Positions 38,913-49,570 of a stretch of DNA of 64,000 nt are shown in pieces. The notes beneath the pieces are model-generated. The model saw only the letters and a program-made list of their open reading frames with translations, ran no database searches and was not told where the DNA came from. This DNA comes from an uncultured Methanosarcinales archaeon (lineage in GTDB: Archaea > Halobacteriota > Methanosarcinia > Methanotrichales > Methanotrichaceae). The stretch spans positions 256,001 to 320,000 of the forward strand of contig CAWJKV010000002.1 of the NCBI GenBank assembly GCA_963843555.1. The letters run 5' to 3'. Positions within the stretch are counted from its first letter, which is position 1. Every line of letters starts with the position of its first letter. A program made the translations under genes and the position numbers.

Positions 38913-40034
38913 ATGCCAAGGATAAGAAGGGAGCTCTACAATAAGGATATCTGTGCCTGCTCCATCTTCGGAGCCATGAACCGGGATGGGACGCGCTTTA
39001 CAGCTGCAGGCGTCATGAAGGCCATAGCCAACATGCACGTCCGGGGCAATGGTCTCGGTGGAGGTTTTGCGGCCTATGGCATATACCCCGAGTACAGTGA
39101 TTACTATGCCTTTCATCTCATGTTCACCGGCAAAAGCCCGGAGGCAAAGAGATCAGCAAAGCTCGGTTTCGATGCCTTCCTCTACGAAAAATTCGATGTG
39201 GTCCACGATGAAGAGATCCCTCATCGCGATGAGTCAACGGTGAGCGATCCTCCCTTGATCTGGCGTTACTTCGTGCTCCCCAGAAAGCAGGGCGAAGAAT
39301 CTCCAGTCACCGATGAGGATTATGTAGTCAAGATGATCATGTGGGTGAATGCCAAGATCGAGAATGCTTACGTATTCTCTTCCGGAAAGAATATGGGCTG
39401 CTTCAAAGGCGTCGGTTATCCTGAGGAGATAGGAGAGTACTTCATGCTGGACAAGCTCTACTCGGCCTACACCTGGACAGCGCACGGCCGCTTCCCCACA
39501 AATACCCAGGCCTGGTGGGGGGGAGCCCATCCCTTCAGTCTCCTGGATACAACCGTAGTCCATAATGGTGAGATCTCCTCTTATGGCACCAATCGCTGGT
39601 ACCTGGAGATGTACGGCTATGCATGCACTTTGCAGACGGATACTGAGGTCATAGCCTATGCTGCAGACCTTCTCATGAGGCGACAGAAGATCCCCATTGA
39701 GATTGTGGCCAAGATTCTTGCCCCGCCCATCTGGAACTCCATAGACAGAATGAATGAGAAGGAAAGGAAATTGCTCACAACATTGAGGATGGTCTACGGA
39801 TCTCTGCTCATGAACGGGCCCTTTGCTATTATCATCGGCCAGACCGGAAGGATGATCGGCCTCACGGACAGAATCAGGCTCCGGCCGATTACTGCAGCAA
39901 CCTGTGGAGAGATGTTCTACCTCTCCTCTGAGGAAGCGTCGATAAGACTGATCTCTCCAGAGCTTGACTCCGTCTGGACTCCCAATGGAGGAGAACCGGT
40001 CGTAGGCGAACTAAATAATATGAGGACGGTATAG
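38913..40034 (+). CDS. Glutamate synthase amidotransferase (type II GAT) subunit
   Basis: DICACSIFG, RGNGLGGG, HGRFPTN, WWGGAHPF, HNGEI and TDTEV. Confidence 0.92.
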   Translation: MPRIRRELYNKDICACSIFGAMNRDGTRFTAAGVMKAIANMHVRGNGLGGGFAAYGIYPEYSDYYAFHLMFTGKSPEAKRSAKLGFDAFLYEKFDVVHDEEIPHRDESTVSDPPLIWRYFVLPRKQGEESPVTDEDYVVKMIMWVNAKIENAYVFSSGKNMGCFKGVGYPEEIGEYFMLDKLYSAYTWTAHGRFPTNTQAWWGGAHPFSLLDTTVVHNGEISSYGTNRWYLEMYGYACTLQTDTEVIAYAADLLMRRQKIPIEIVAKILAPPIWNSIDRMNEKERKLLTTLRMVYGSLLMNGPFAIIIGQTGRMIGLTDRIRLRPITAATCGEMFYLSSEEASIRLISPELDSVWTPNGGEPVVGELNNMRTV

Positions 40035-40036
40035 GA

Positions 40037-41551
40037 ATGAAATCATTCGTTTTTCCTGAGTTCCAGATCATAAGGGACGAAGAAAAATGTGGCCAGTGTC
40101 GGGGCTGCGAGCGGCAGTGCTCCTTTGGCACTCACACTTACGATCCGCTTTCTGATCGGTTGATATCCGACGACTACAAATGCGCCGGCTGCCAGAGATG
40201 TGTCATCTTCTGCCCCAAGGACGCCATAGTTGTCCGTCCTACCCAGTCGTTCTACCGACCGAACGCTTCCTGGTCTCGCGAAAAGATGGAGGATCTGAAA
40301 AAGCAAGCCGAGACGGGCGGAGTGATCCTGACAGGATGCGGCAACGACAAGCCATTTCGCATCTACTGGGATCACATGGTGCTCAATGCCTCTCAGGTCA
40401 CCAACCCCTCCATAGATCCTTTGCGTGAGCCGATGGAGCTGCGTACATTCCTCGGCGCCAAGCCCGATCTATTGGACTTCAGGGCCTTGGAGGGGGATGT
40501 GGAGATAAAGACCAGGATCTCTCCCAATCTGATGGTGGAAACTCCTATCCTCTTCTCGGCTATGTCCTACGGCGCCATCAGCTACAATGCTTTCCGCTCT
40601 CTGGCGACGGCCGCCTGCAAATCAGGAACCTTCTTCAATACCGGTGAGGGAGGCCTTCCCAAGGAGATGAGAGAGCAGTTTGGAAAGTGCGCCATTGTGC
40701 AGGTCGCATCGGGCCGCTTCGGAATAGATGCCGAATATCTCAATTGCGCTGCCGCCGTGGAGATAAAGGTCGGCCAGGGAGCCAAGCCCGGTATTGGCGG
40801 CCATTTGCCCGGCGAAAAGGTCTCGCCCGAAGTCGCTGCTACGCGCATGATCCCTGTAGGCACGGATGCGATTTCTCCGGCACCGCACCATGATATCTAC
40901 TCCATTGAGGACCTTTCCATGCTCATCTATGCCCTGAAGGAGGCCACCAACTATGAGAAGCCCATCTCGGTCAAGATCGCTGCGGTGCATAACTTTGCGG
41001 CCATAGCATCAGGAATTGTGCGCGCCGGAGCGGACATCATTGCCATCGACGGCCTGCGCGGGGGAACGGGAGCAGCTCCTAAGGTGATCAGAGACAATGT
41101 GGGCATACCCATTGAACTCGCCATATCATCCCTGGACCGGCGCCTGAGAAATGAAGACATAAGGAACAGATGCTCCATCATTGCCGCTGGCGGAATTCGC
41201 TGCAGCGCCGACGTCATCAAGGCTATAGCTCTGGGCGCGGATGCCGTCTACATCGGCTCGGCAGCCCTGATAGCTATGGGCTGCAACCTCTGCCAGAAGT
41301 GCTACACAGGCAAGTGCAACTGGGGAATATGCACTCAAGACCCGCGCCTTTCCGGCAGGCTGAATGTTGATATCACCTCGCAGCGTCTCTCCAACCTTAT
41401 TCATGCCTGGTCGCATGAGATCAGCGAGATGCTGGGCGGCATGGGAATCAATGCCCTGGAAAGCCTGCGCGGCAACCGAGACCACTTGCGAGGTGTGGGC
41501 CTTTACGAATGGGAGCTGGACGTTTTGGGAATAAAGGGCGCCGGAGAGTGA
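40037..41551 (+). CDS. Glutamate synthase FMN-binding subunit with an N-terminal 2x[4Fe-4S] domain
   Basis: CGQCRGCERQC and CAGCQRCVIFC; SAMSYGA, NTGEGG, QVASGRFG, GQGAKPGIGGHLPG; CNLCQKCYTGKC. Confidence 0.95.
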   Translation: MKSFVFPEFQIIRDEEKCGQCRGCERQCSFGTHTYDPLSDRLISDDYKCAGCQRCVIFCPKDAIVVRPTQSFYRPNASWSREKMEDLKKQAETGGVILTGCGNDKPFRIYWDHMVLNASQVTNPSIDPLREPMELRTFLGAKPDLLDFRALEGDVEIKTRISPNLMVETPILFSAMSYGAISYNAFRSLATAACKSGTFFNTGEGGLPKEMREQFGKCAIVQVASGRFGIDAEYLNCAAAVEIKVGQGAKPGIGGHLPGEKVSPEVAATRMIPVGTDAISPAPHHDIYSIEDLSMLIYALKEATNYEKPISVKIAAVHNFAAIASGIVRAGADIIAIDGLRGGTGAAPKVIRDNVGIPIELAISSLDRRLRNEDIRNRCSIIAAGGIRCSADVIKAIALGADAVYIGSAALIAMGCNLCQKCYTGKCNWGICTQDPRLSGRLNVDITSQRLSNLIHAWSHEISEMLGGMGINALESLRGNRDHLRGVGLYEWELDVLGIKGAGE

Positions 41552-41557
41552 AAGCAA

Positions 41558-42371
41558 TTGACGAGTATCCAGAAGTCCGAAACGCCTCCCAAGAAGGATC
41601 GGGTTGACGGGATGATGGGAGCGGCTGAGATAGATGCCGGACCCCTGGAGACCAGAGAATTGAACGACCAGCTCCGGGATTTGATGCTTGCGGGCCATGA
41701 GAAGGTCAATATCAGGAATGTATGCGGCCACAGGTATATCGGCACCAGGCTCTACTCTCCAGAACACCGCAAGATGGAGATTGAGATCTTCGGGACTCCC
41801 GGAAACGACCTGGCTGCCTTCCTTTATGGTCATAAGATAACTGTGCACGGCAATGCTCAGGACGGTGTGGGAAATACCATGGATGAAGGCGAGATCGTCG
41901 TGGAAGGAAGAGCCGGAGATGTCCTGGGTTTTTCCATGCGTGGGGGCACGATCTTCGTGCGGGACAATTGCGGCTACAGGACGGCTTTGCACATGAAGGA
42001 ATACGAAGATAAGAGGCCCGTTCTGGTCGTGGGCGGCACAGCGCAGGACTTCCTGGGCGAGTACATGGCGGGAGGGATTGTGATACTCCTGGATCGTTTC
42101 AACCAGCAGCATAAAGGCAACTTCATAGGTACAGGCATGCATGGTGGCGCAATCTATCTGCGCGGCACCGTGAAAGAGACGCAGGTAGGCGGTCAAGTAG
42201 AAGTCTCGCATCTGGATGAAGAGGATCGAGAGATTCTGGATCAATATGTCTCCCGAGTTCGTGAATCGCTTTCCGGACCTCTGCCTCTGCAAAGAGGAGA
42301 TCCTGAAGGATGAATTTGTCAAGCTGACGCCGAAGTCGAAGAGGCCCTACAGCGGTATTTATGCTTACTAG
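41558..42371 (+). CDS. Glutamate synthase GXGXG beta-helix subunit, frameshift near 42252
   Basis: GTPGNDL, GNAQDGVGNTM and GEYMAGG. The C-terminus ...KRPYSGIYAY* lies in the next frame. Confidence 0.9.
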
Positions 42372-42408
42372 AATTCCGAGACATTCGAGATGATTTAAAG
42401 GGATTAAG

Positions 42409-44445
42409 ATGCCACAAGTCCTTGTTCCAACGGTCTGTCCATATTGCGGCGCAGGCTGCGGATTTTTCATTGCAGTCGAGAAAGAGCGCGCCACGGGGAT
42501 CGAATATATGCCAGAGCACCCGGCAAGTGAAGGGGCTCTCTGCTCCAAGGGAAATGCAGCTCTTGAGATCCTTTACCACCCGGATCGGATTCGCTCTCCT
42601 CTGAAGAGACATGGCGACGGCTGGTCCAGGATATCCTGGGAGGAAGCTATGGATCTGGTGGCCAGGGGTCTGGGTGGAGCCCTGAAGAAGTACGGTCCGA
42701 ACAGCATCGGTTTCCTTGCCTCTTCCAAGTGCACCAACGAGGAGAACTATCTGATTGAGAAGCTGGCCCGCCTCCTGGGCTCGCCCAATGTGGACGGCTG
42801 CGCCAGGCTCTGCCATGCGCCCTCGGTGGTGGGCCTGAATCGCACTTTGGGCGCGGCCGGAATGACCAATCCTATAGCGGATCTGGCGAATTCCAGGTGC
42901 ATATTCATAATCGGATCGAATCTCGCTGAGAATCATCCTATCCTCACCCGCTGGATTCACAGGGCCAGGGATTCAGGGTCGGTGGTGATAGTAGCCGATC
43001 CGCGCATGACGCATACCGCCTGGATGGCTGATATCTTCCTGCAACTTAAACCAGGAACGGATGTAGCACTCTTGAACGGCATGGCCCATGTTATAATCAA
43101 AGAGGGGCTGGTAGACAGAGAGTATATCGCCAAACGGACCCGCGGCTATGAGGAGCTGGTGCAGGCAGTCGACGATTATGCTCCGGAAAAGGTGGCAGAA
43201 ATTACTGGCATTCCTGCCGGAGATATCATTCGGGCGGCGCGCTCTTATGCCATATCTCCGGCGTCAGTCATTCTCTATTCCATGGGAATCACCCAGCATA
43301 GCACGGGCACTGACAATGTTCAGGCCATTGCCAATCTGGCCCTGATCTCTGGCCATCTGGGAAAAGAGGGCACGGGAGTCATGCCTCTGCGCGGCCAGAA
43401 CAATGTCCAGGGTGCTTGCGATATGGGGGCACTGGCCGACTTTTATCCAGGCTATCGGAAGGCAGATGATCCCGAAACAATAGAGTTTTTCAGAGCTGCC
43501 TGGGGAGTGGACAGCATACCTCTGGGCAGAGGGCTCACGGCTACGGAGATGATCGACAAAGCAGGTGAGGGCGAGATCAAGGCCATGTACATTGTGGGCG
43601 AAGACCCGGCCAACTCCGATCCGTGCAGCCAAAATGTCCGCGCTGATCTGGAGAAGCTGGAGTTCCTGGTGGTGCAGGACATCTTCATGACCCCAACGGC
43701 TCAACTGGCGGATGTTGTTTTGCCTGCTGCCGCCTGGGCGGAGAAGGAAGGGACCTATACCAGCACAGAGAGACGTGTGCAGTGGAGTAAAAAGGCTATT
43801 GAGCCGCCTGGAAGTGCACGCTGTGACCTGGATATCATTTGCGAGATTGCCAGGCGGCTGGGGGTGCAGTTCAATTATCCCGATGCGGCATCGGTCCTGG
43901 CGGAGATCAATCGCGTGGTGCCGCAGTACGGCGGAATTACTCGGGAGCGTCTCGAAGACTTTGGCCTCATCTGGCCCTGCCCCAATTTGGATCATCCTGG
44001 AACGCCCATACTTCACACCCAGGGCTTCAAGTTCAGCGAGGGCCGGGCCACAATCGTGCCTGTTTCATACAAACCGGCAGCTGAAGACTCGAGCCGGGAT
44101 TATCCTTTCATACTGACCACCGGTCGCGTTGCTGTGCACCACAATGCCGGGTCCATGACACGCCGCAGTCCTTCGCTGCTGGAACGGGAGCCGGATCTCT
44201 TTGTGGAGATCAACACGAAAGATGCCGCGCGGCTGAAAGTGAAGGACGGCGATGAGGTGACTGTAACCTCGCCGCGGGGAGAGACCGTGGCCTATGCACG
44301 CATCACCGACAGCATCAAGAAAGGGGTGGTGTTCATGCCTTTCCACTTCCCTGGAACCAACATTCTCACCTCGGAGGTTACAGACCCCGAGGCCAAGATA
44401 CCGGAGTTCAAGGTCTCTGCCTGCAAAATTTCTCGGAGGGATTAA
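42409..44445 (+). CDS. Formate dehydrogenase alpha-subunit-like Mo/W-bisPGD enzyme (Cys form)
   Basis: CPYCGAGC...LCSKG; CTNEENY; CARLCHAPS (Cys-His); PLRGQNNVQG (Arg); KIPEFK. Confidence 0.92.
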   Translation: MPQVLVPTVCPYCGAGCGFFIAVEKERATGIEYMPEHPASEGALCSKGNAALEILYHPDRIRSPLKRHGDGWSRISWEEAMDLVARGLGGALKKYGPNSIGFLASSKCTNEENYLIEKLARLLGSPNVDGCARLCHAPSVVGLNRTLGAAGMTNPIADLANSRCIFIIGSNLAENHPILTRWIHRARDSGSVVIVADPRMTHTAWMADIFLQLKPGTDVALLNGMAHVIIKEGLVDREYIAKRTRGYEELVQAVDDYAPEKVAEITGIPAGDIIRAARSYAISPASVILYSMGITQHSTGTDNVQAIANLALISGHLGKEGTGVMPLRGQNNVQGACDMGALADFYPGYRKADDPETIEFFRAAWGVDSIPLGRGLTATEMIDKAGEGEIKAMYIVGEDPANSDPCSQNVRADLEKLEFLVVQDIFMTPTAQLADVVLPAAAWAEKEGTYTSTERRVQWSKKAIEPPGSARCDLDIICEIARRLGVQFNYPDAASVLAEINRVVPQYGGITRERLEDFGLIWPCPNLDHPGTPILHTQGFKFSEGRATIVPVSYKPAAEDSSRDYPFILTTGRVAVHHNAGSMTRRSPSLLEREPDLFVEINTKDAARLKVKDGDEVTVTSPRGETVAYARITDSIKKGVVFMPFHFPGTNILTSEVTDPEAKIPEFKVSACKISRRD

Positions 44446-44884
44446 ATGCCCGTCTACGTTGATGTCATTAGATGCATCGGGTGTCGGTCCTGCGAGGTGG
44501 CCTGCAAGCGTGTGCATGGCGGTAGCGGACACGTCAATGTGCATTTCGCCGGCGATAAAGCCTCGGTTCCCGTATTCTGCCATCACTGTGAGGAAGCGAG
44601 CTGCACCATGGCCTGTTTCTACCCAGGCCTTGCACAAAGAGGGAGATCGCACGGCCTTCGATGTGGAAAAGTGCACCGGCTGCGGCCTCTGCAGGCTGGC
44701 CTGTCCCTTTGGAGTGGTCTGGACGGATAAGATTGCCCATAAGTGCGATCTGTGCGAAGGCCGCGACGCGCCAACTTGCGTTACAACCTGTCCGGCCAAT
44801 GCTCTCAGTACCGATTTCGATCTGGTGAGCCGCCGGGCGCGCGCACGCGCCGCGTTGGCCGTGGCACACGGAGGAAGAAGATGA
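44446..44884 (+). CDS. 4Fe-4S dicluster electron-transfer protein (DmsB/HydN-like), frameshift near 44622
   Basis: CIGCRSCEVAC, CHHCEEASC, CTGCGLCRLACP and KCDLC...CVTTCP spread over two frames. Confidence 0.85.
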
Positions 44885-45301
44885 TCAAAGTTGATGCGAG
44901 CAAATGTCTGGGCTGCTTCTCCTGCTCCAATGTCTGTCCCAGCCAGAATATCACCCGTGAAGAGACGCCTGAATTGAGAAGCATTCACTGGAAGAGGTGC
45001 AAAGAGGAGTGCGACCTGTGCGTTGAGTTCTGCCCTGGCAAAGCATTGATGCTGGTGCCTTATGACGAATCTTATCCGGAGCCCAATGTATCTTTTGACC
45101 TGGTGGCCTGCAAGTTATGCGGATCGCGTTATGCTACAGAGCCTATGTTGAGGCGGATTGAATCCTCATCTGCCTGCCAATTTGCAGAAGGACTCCACTG
45201 GCCTCGACTGGATATGGATCTGCCCGATATGCCGTCGAGATATCGAAGCGGAGAGGGCCACCAAGCAGATGGTGCTGGGAAGAACCAGGAGGAATCCCTG
45301 A
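44881..45301 (+). CDS. Ferredoxin-like 4Fe-4S protein, frameshift near 45170
   Basis: CLGCFSCSNVCP, CKEECDLCVEFCP and CKLCG, then WICPICRR...RNP* in the next frame. Confidence 0.82.
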
Positions 45302-45548
45302 CCGACAAGGGACGCTCTTTCATACTGAATTTTCGAAGTTTCACCTGTTCTTGCGGATGCGAAATTTGAATACAGGAAGCATCTGCAAATATTGCGGATT
45401 AGCCGGAAGGTGGGGCAGATCTCTAAAGAGGTTTGGTTTTCTCATGGATGATCAGTACGTGCCAGGTGTTCCGGATTCGCCTCTTATCCAGGGAAAGCCA
45501 AGCTGCCAGGCAAGAAATAGATGCTGAATACAGTCGTCACAAAATATT

Positions 45549-46307
45549 ATGACTATGAGAAAGATCATCAAGATCGACGAATCACGCTGCAACGGCTGTG
45601 GCGATTGCATCACTGGCTGCGCTGAGGGCGCAATCGAGCTCAAAGACGGCATTGCCAGAGTGGTGAGCGACAGCTTCTGCGATGGCCTGGGGGCATGCCT
45701 GGCCGTCTGCCCGCAGGGCGCTCTGACCATAGAGGAGCGCGATGCGCCGGTGTTTGATGAGAAGGCGGCCAAAGAGCATAATAGTTTTGCCAAGAAGCAT
45801 GAACATCCGCATCATGCAAAGAATGCTGGTACTGCTGCCGCGGTCACGCCCTGCACCATGCCAATTACCCTGAAGCAGGATCAAGGGACAAAGGCAGATT
45901 TCTCACATGAAAAGATTAAGCCCGGAGAAGAGAGCGCGAATGAGCTGTGCGGCTGGCCCATTCAGATGAGATTGGTGCGACCCTGGGCTCCTTACCTCAA
46001 AGGTGCCAGCCTTCTTGTGGCCGGGGACTGCACTGCCTTTGCCTATCCCGACATCAGCCGGGACTTTATCAAAGGCCGCGTAGCCCTGGTGGGCTGCCCC
46101 AAGCTTGATGAGACGGGTCCCTTTGTGGACAAGCTGACTGAGATCCTCAAGGCAAATGAGATCCTGGATATAACCGTACTGCATATGACTGTCCCCTGCT
46201 GCGCCCAGCTGGAAGGTCTGGTGGCGGATGCGGTGAAGCGGTCCGGAAAAGATGTGCCGCAAAAGAGCTTTGTGGTCGGGATCGATGGCATACTGAAACC
46301 GGAATGA
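45549..46307 (+). CDS. 4Fe-4S binding protein (ferredoxin plus a Cys-rich C-domain)
   Basis: CNGCGDCITGC, CDGLGACLAVCP, WPIQMRL, GCPKLD and VPCC. Confidence 0.9.
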   Translation: MTMRKIIKIDESRCNGCGDCITGCAEGAIELKDGIARVVSDSFCDGLGACLAVCPQGALTIEERDAPVFDEKAAKEHNSFAKKHEHPHHAKNAGTAAAVTPCTMPITLKQDQGTKADFSHEKIKPGEESANELCGWPIQMRLVRPWAPYLKGASLLVAGDCTAFAYPDISRDFIKGRVALVGCPKLDETGPFVDKLTEILKANEILDITVLHMTVPCCAQLEGLVADAVKRSGKDVPQKSFVVGIDGILKPE

Positions 46308-46429
46308 GTCGAGTCAAATCCGGGCGAAATCGCGAGAAGGGGAAAATGAACAATAGACGGGCCGTTCATGGAAAGCTTTATCTCTTTTTATAAACCACTG
46401 ATTTAGTTCAGTTCCATGGAGTTTGAAAG

Positions 46430-47722
46430 ATGGGTTTAGAGAATGGCTTGGAGAAGTGTGGTGCAATTGAGGTTGCGGAGCTGCTGCTCACTGCAGATCT
46501 CTATAATCGAAATGAGAATCTGAATGAAGGCGACCTGCCCCCCAATATCCGCAAACATTACTTCGATGCACAGACCAAGAGCGTCAAAAGGCCGATCTAT
46601 GTAACCAGCACAGATGTCCAGAAGATTTACGGCATCGAGAACGTCAAAACGATCATCAAAGATCTCACGTTCGTGGCTTTTGAGGAGTTTGGGTCTCAGC
46701 TTCGGCTAACGGTATTCGATGTAGCAGCCAAGTGGTTCGCCAATCAGAATGACCTGGTGAGGATCAGATCGAACCCCACTCTGGCTTTCTTTTTTGAGAA
46801 CTACGACTCCCTGAAGGTGAGCTACAATGAAGCCAGAGAAGGAAATAAGCCCCTATGCGCCGACCGGGAATGGATCGATGCCCGGATCAAGGAGCTATGC
46901 AAGGATTCCAAGGAGGCTGAAGACCTTCTCAAGCTCGCATACATCAAGGCACCTGAAGATGTGAGGGACAGCATTGAAGGCCTGATTCTTACCGAGGAGC
47001 AGAAGACGGAGATCGAAAAAACGGGCAAAGCACTGCAAAACCGGGATTATCTGCGCCAGATCGGCCTTTACGAGATCGGCAAGCTCCTCTTTGTAGGACC
47101 GCCGGGGACAGGCAAGACCTCCACCGCCCGGGCGCTGTCGAGCTGGTTCTCCCTGCCAATGGTGGAGGTTCGGCTCTCCATGATCACCAGCCAATACCTG
47201 GGCGAGACCTCCAAGAATATCGATAAAGTCTTCGATCTTGCCAAGAGGCTCAGCCCCTGCATTCTCCTCATAGACGAGTTCGATTTCGTGGCCAAGACCA
47301 GAACCTCAGATGAGCATGGTGCCATGAAAAGGGCCGTCAACACCCTGCTCAAGGCCATCGACGAGATCAATCTGGTCGAGCATGGCGTCCTCCTTGTGGC
47401 GGCTACCAACCACCCTCAGCTTCTGGATTATGCTGCCTGGCGGAGATTCGACAAGGTATTGAACTTCCCTCTGCCGGATCAGGAGATGAGGCGCATGATC
47501 CTGGATAAGGTCCTCTCCCGCATCGATGCCGATGTGGACACTGGAGAGCTCGCCGAGATGACGGATGGCTACTCCGGCTCGGACCTGAGATTGGTGATCA
47601 GAGAAGCCGTACTGAATGCCCTTCTGGTGGATCGGAAGAATTTAGGACAGGAGGATCTGCTCGCCTCTATTGAGGAGTTCCGCCGCAGGATCTCTGATTA
47701 CAAGCGGAGCATAACGGCATGA
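46430..47722 (+). CDS. AAA+ family ATPase
   Basis: GPPGTGKT, ILLIDEFD and AATNHPQLLD.AAWRRFD. Confidence 0.93.
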   Translation: MGLENGLEKCGAIEVAELLLTADLYNRNENLNEGDLPPNIRKHYFDAQTKSVKRPIYVTSTDVQKIYGIENVKTIIKDLTFVAFEEFGSQLRLTVFDVAAKWFANQNDLVRIRSNPTLAFFFENYDSLKVSYNEAREGNKPLCADREWIDARIKELCKDSKEAEDLLKLAYIKAPEDVRDSIEGLILTEEQKTEIEKTGKALQNRDYLRQIGLYEIGKLLFVGPPGTGKTSTARALSSWFSLPMVEVRLSMITSQYLGETSKNIDKVFDLAKRLSPCILLIDEFDFVAKTRTSDEHGAMKRAVNTLLKAIDEINLVEHGVLLVAATNHPQLLDYAAWRRFDKVLNFPLPDQEMRRMILDKVLSRIDADVDTGELAEMTDGYSGSDLRLVIREAVLNALLVDRKNLGQEDLLASIEEFRRRISDYKRSITA

Positions 47723-48462
47723 AGGTCACGCTCCTCGGCACGGGCGACGCCATCGGCACTCCCAAGATCGGCTGCAAGTGTCCAGCCTGCATGGATGCTC
47801 TTAGGGGTGGACGCAGCCGCAGAATGAGGTTTTCCGTTCTCCTGGAGTCGGATGAGGAAGACGGAAGAGTCTTGGTGGACACGAGCCCGGATCTGCGCTG
47901 GCAGCTCTTGAAGAAGGATATATCCAGCGTGGACGGAGTGATATGGACTCACGCCCATTATGATCACTATGCAGGTTTCGGGGATTTTCACCGGGTTCAG
48001 AGCCACGTGGATGTCTATGCTCTGAAAGATACCATGGATTATATCCTCAACTACCTCTACTTCCTAAATCCCATGCGCCATGACGTTCTGGCCTGCCAGC
48101 CCTTTGATATTGCAGGAATGGAGTTCACCCTCTTCAAAGTGAACCACCCTCCGGCGGAGACCGTAGGCGTACGGGTGGACGACGGCTGTAAGGTAGTCGT
48201 GATCACCAGTGACACGAAGATGGAAATACCAGCTGAGAGCCTGGAGCTCATGAAGGATGCCGACCTGATGCTGGCCGATGCCATTACTCCTCCCGGCTAC
48301 ACCATCAGTAAGCACATGACTGCAGACGAAGCCATGGACCTGGGTCAAAGCCTGAAAGCGAAGAGGCTCCTGCTCACACATCTCTCTCATCTTTATCCTC
48401 CCCATGAGATGGCTCTCAAGAAGTGGCCGCTGGGGCACGATATGATGGAGATAGTATTGTGA
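47719..48462 (+). CDS. MBL-fold hydrolase (PhnP-like phosphodiesterase)
   Basis: LLGTG, CKCPAC, DTSPD, THAHYDH and THLSH. Confidence 0.92.
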   Translation: MKVTLLGTGDAIGTPKIGCKCPACMDALRGGRSRRMRFSVLLESDEEDGRVLVDTSPDLRWQLLKKDISSVDGVIWTHAHYDHYAGFGDFHRVQSHVDVYALKDTMDYILNYLYFLNPMRHDVLACQPFDIAGMEFTLFKVNHPPAETVGVRVDDGCKVVVITSDTKMEIPAESLELMKDADLMLADAITPPGYTISKHMTADEAMDLGQSLKAKRLLLTHLSHLYPPHEMALKKWPLGHDMMEIVL

Positions 48463-49413
48463 GATGGCTTTAAAAATGCTTTTGGAAGTGCCTTTGAAAT
48501 TCTTTTGATTTTCCAGATGCTGTGTACTCGAAAATCGACATAGAATAAGTCTTAGATCGAGAAAGTAGATAAGAATTTTGATGGGGGAAAAGTTACCTCC
48601 TATCCACTGCTATTTTGACGATGCTTCGCAACTTAGGAGTCAGACTTGGATGATTAAATTTAATCTGTGTCAGGCAAACGCTTCATTGAACTTTACACAT
48701 GGTCCCTTGATTTGCCCGTAAAAATAGGCTGAAGTCTCACACTCAACCGATTTGGACAATACTGGTAAAAAGGTGCGGATATCCATTTTCCCGCAAAATA
48801 TTCGATTACTTTCGGCAATGGTTTTACTTTTTTGCGGATTCTTTTTGTGGGTAGATAGCATGTGGCTGATTTCGGCAACTAACCGAGTATTTGTGCCTCT
48901 ACATTTTACAGAATAGCTACTGCAAAAACATAGATAATAATAAAAACACTGAAGAAAGGCACATCAATCACAATGATAACGCCAGATATATCCAAAATTA
49001 TTGCAAGGTAGGCCAAAGTAGGGGCAAGCTCCATGCCTGCGATAGACTTTTTTACTAAAACGGCTGATATGATTGAACCCTGCCAGGAGCAACGGACACG
49101 CCTAATAATCCCGCTCAAAGAGCTACCGAAATCTCAGAAGAGTTAGAGATTCTTCGCGCCCGTAGCGTGAACTATTCCGTTAACGCCGCCAGGATTCTCT
49201 CTAATGCCACTGGGCAGCTTAAGGTCGCCTTGGATCCGCTAAACTATGTTAGTTGGGGGCATGACCGAAGCAGAGCAGGAAGTTTCTTTGAGGATAAGCT
49301 GGCCTGCAAGAGAGGAATGCACCAGTCATGCAAGCATATTCTCCTGGAGGTTAGGACCACTGATAACATGGTAAAATTCTGCAGTGAGATACAGAGACAC
49401 CAGGAGTAGGACG

Positions 49414-49560
49414 ATGCAAAAAATTGCTCTTACCATGATGGCGGTCGTCGCGCGGTGGATGAACATTACCGCTGAAAAACAGGTACCAAATTTTCTGGAC
49501 TGCATATATGAAGATGGCCTGAAGACGATTATGCCTGAAGCGGTGAATATCATACGTTGA
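49414..49560 (+). pseudogene. Collapsed substrate-binding protein (signal-like start fused to the family C-terminus)
   Basis: AGGAG RBS; MQKIALTMMAVVARWMNITAEKQVPNFLDCIYEDGLKTIMPEAVNIIR*. Confidence 0.75.
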
Positions 49561-49570
49561 GGTGGGGACT

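Noticed and set aside
41126..42322. Long antisense ORFs (e.g. 41126-42322, 44065-44988, 13688-14527, 37344-38159)
   Set aside because: They are shadows of well-supported genes on the opposite strand.
42409..44445. Selenocysteine or pyrrolysine recoding
   Set aside because: The FDH active-site codon is TGC (Cys), and gene breaks in the window are frame changes rather than in-frame TGA/TAG.
48480..49400. Short hydrophobic or other ORFs upstream of the binding-protein array
   Set aside because: No convincing start signals or homology; treated as intergenic or decayed DNA.
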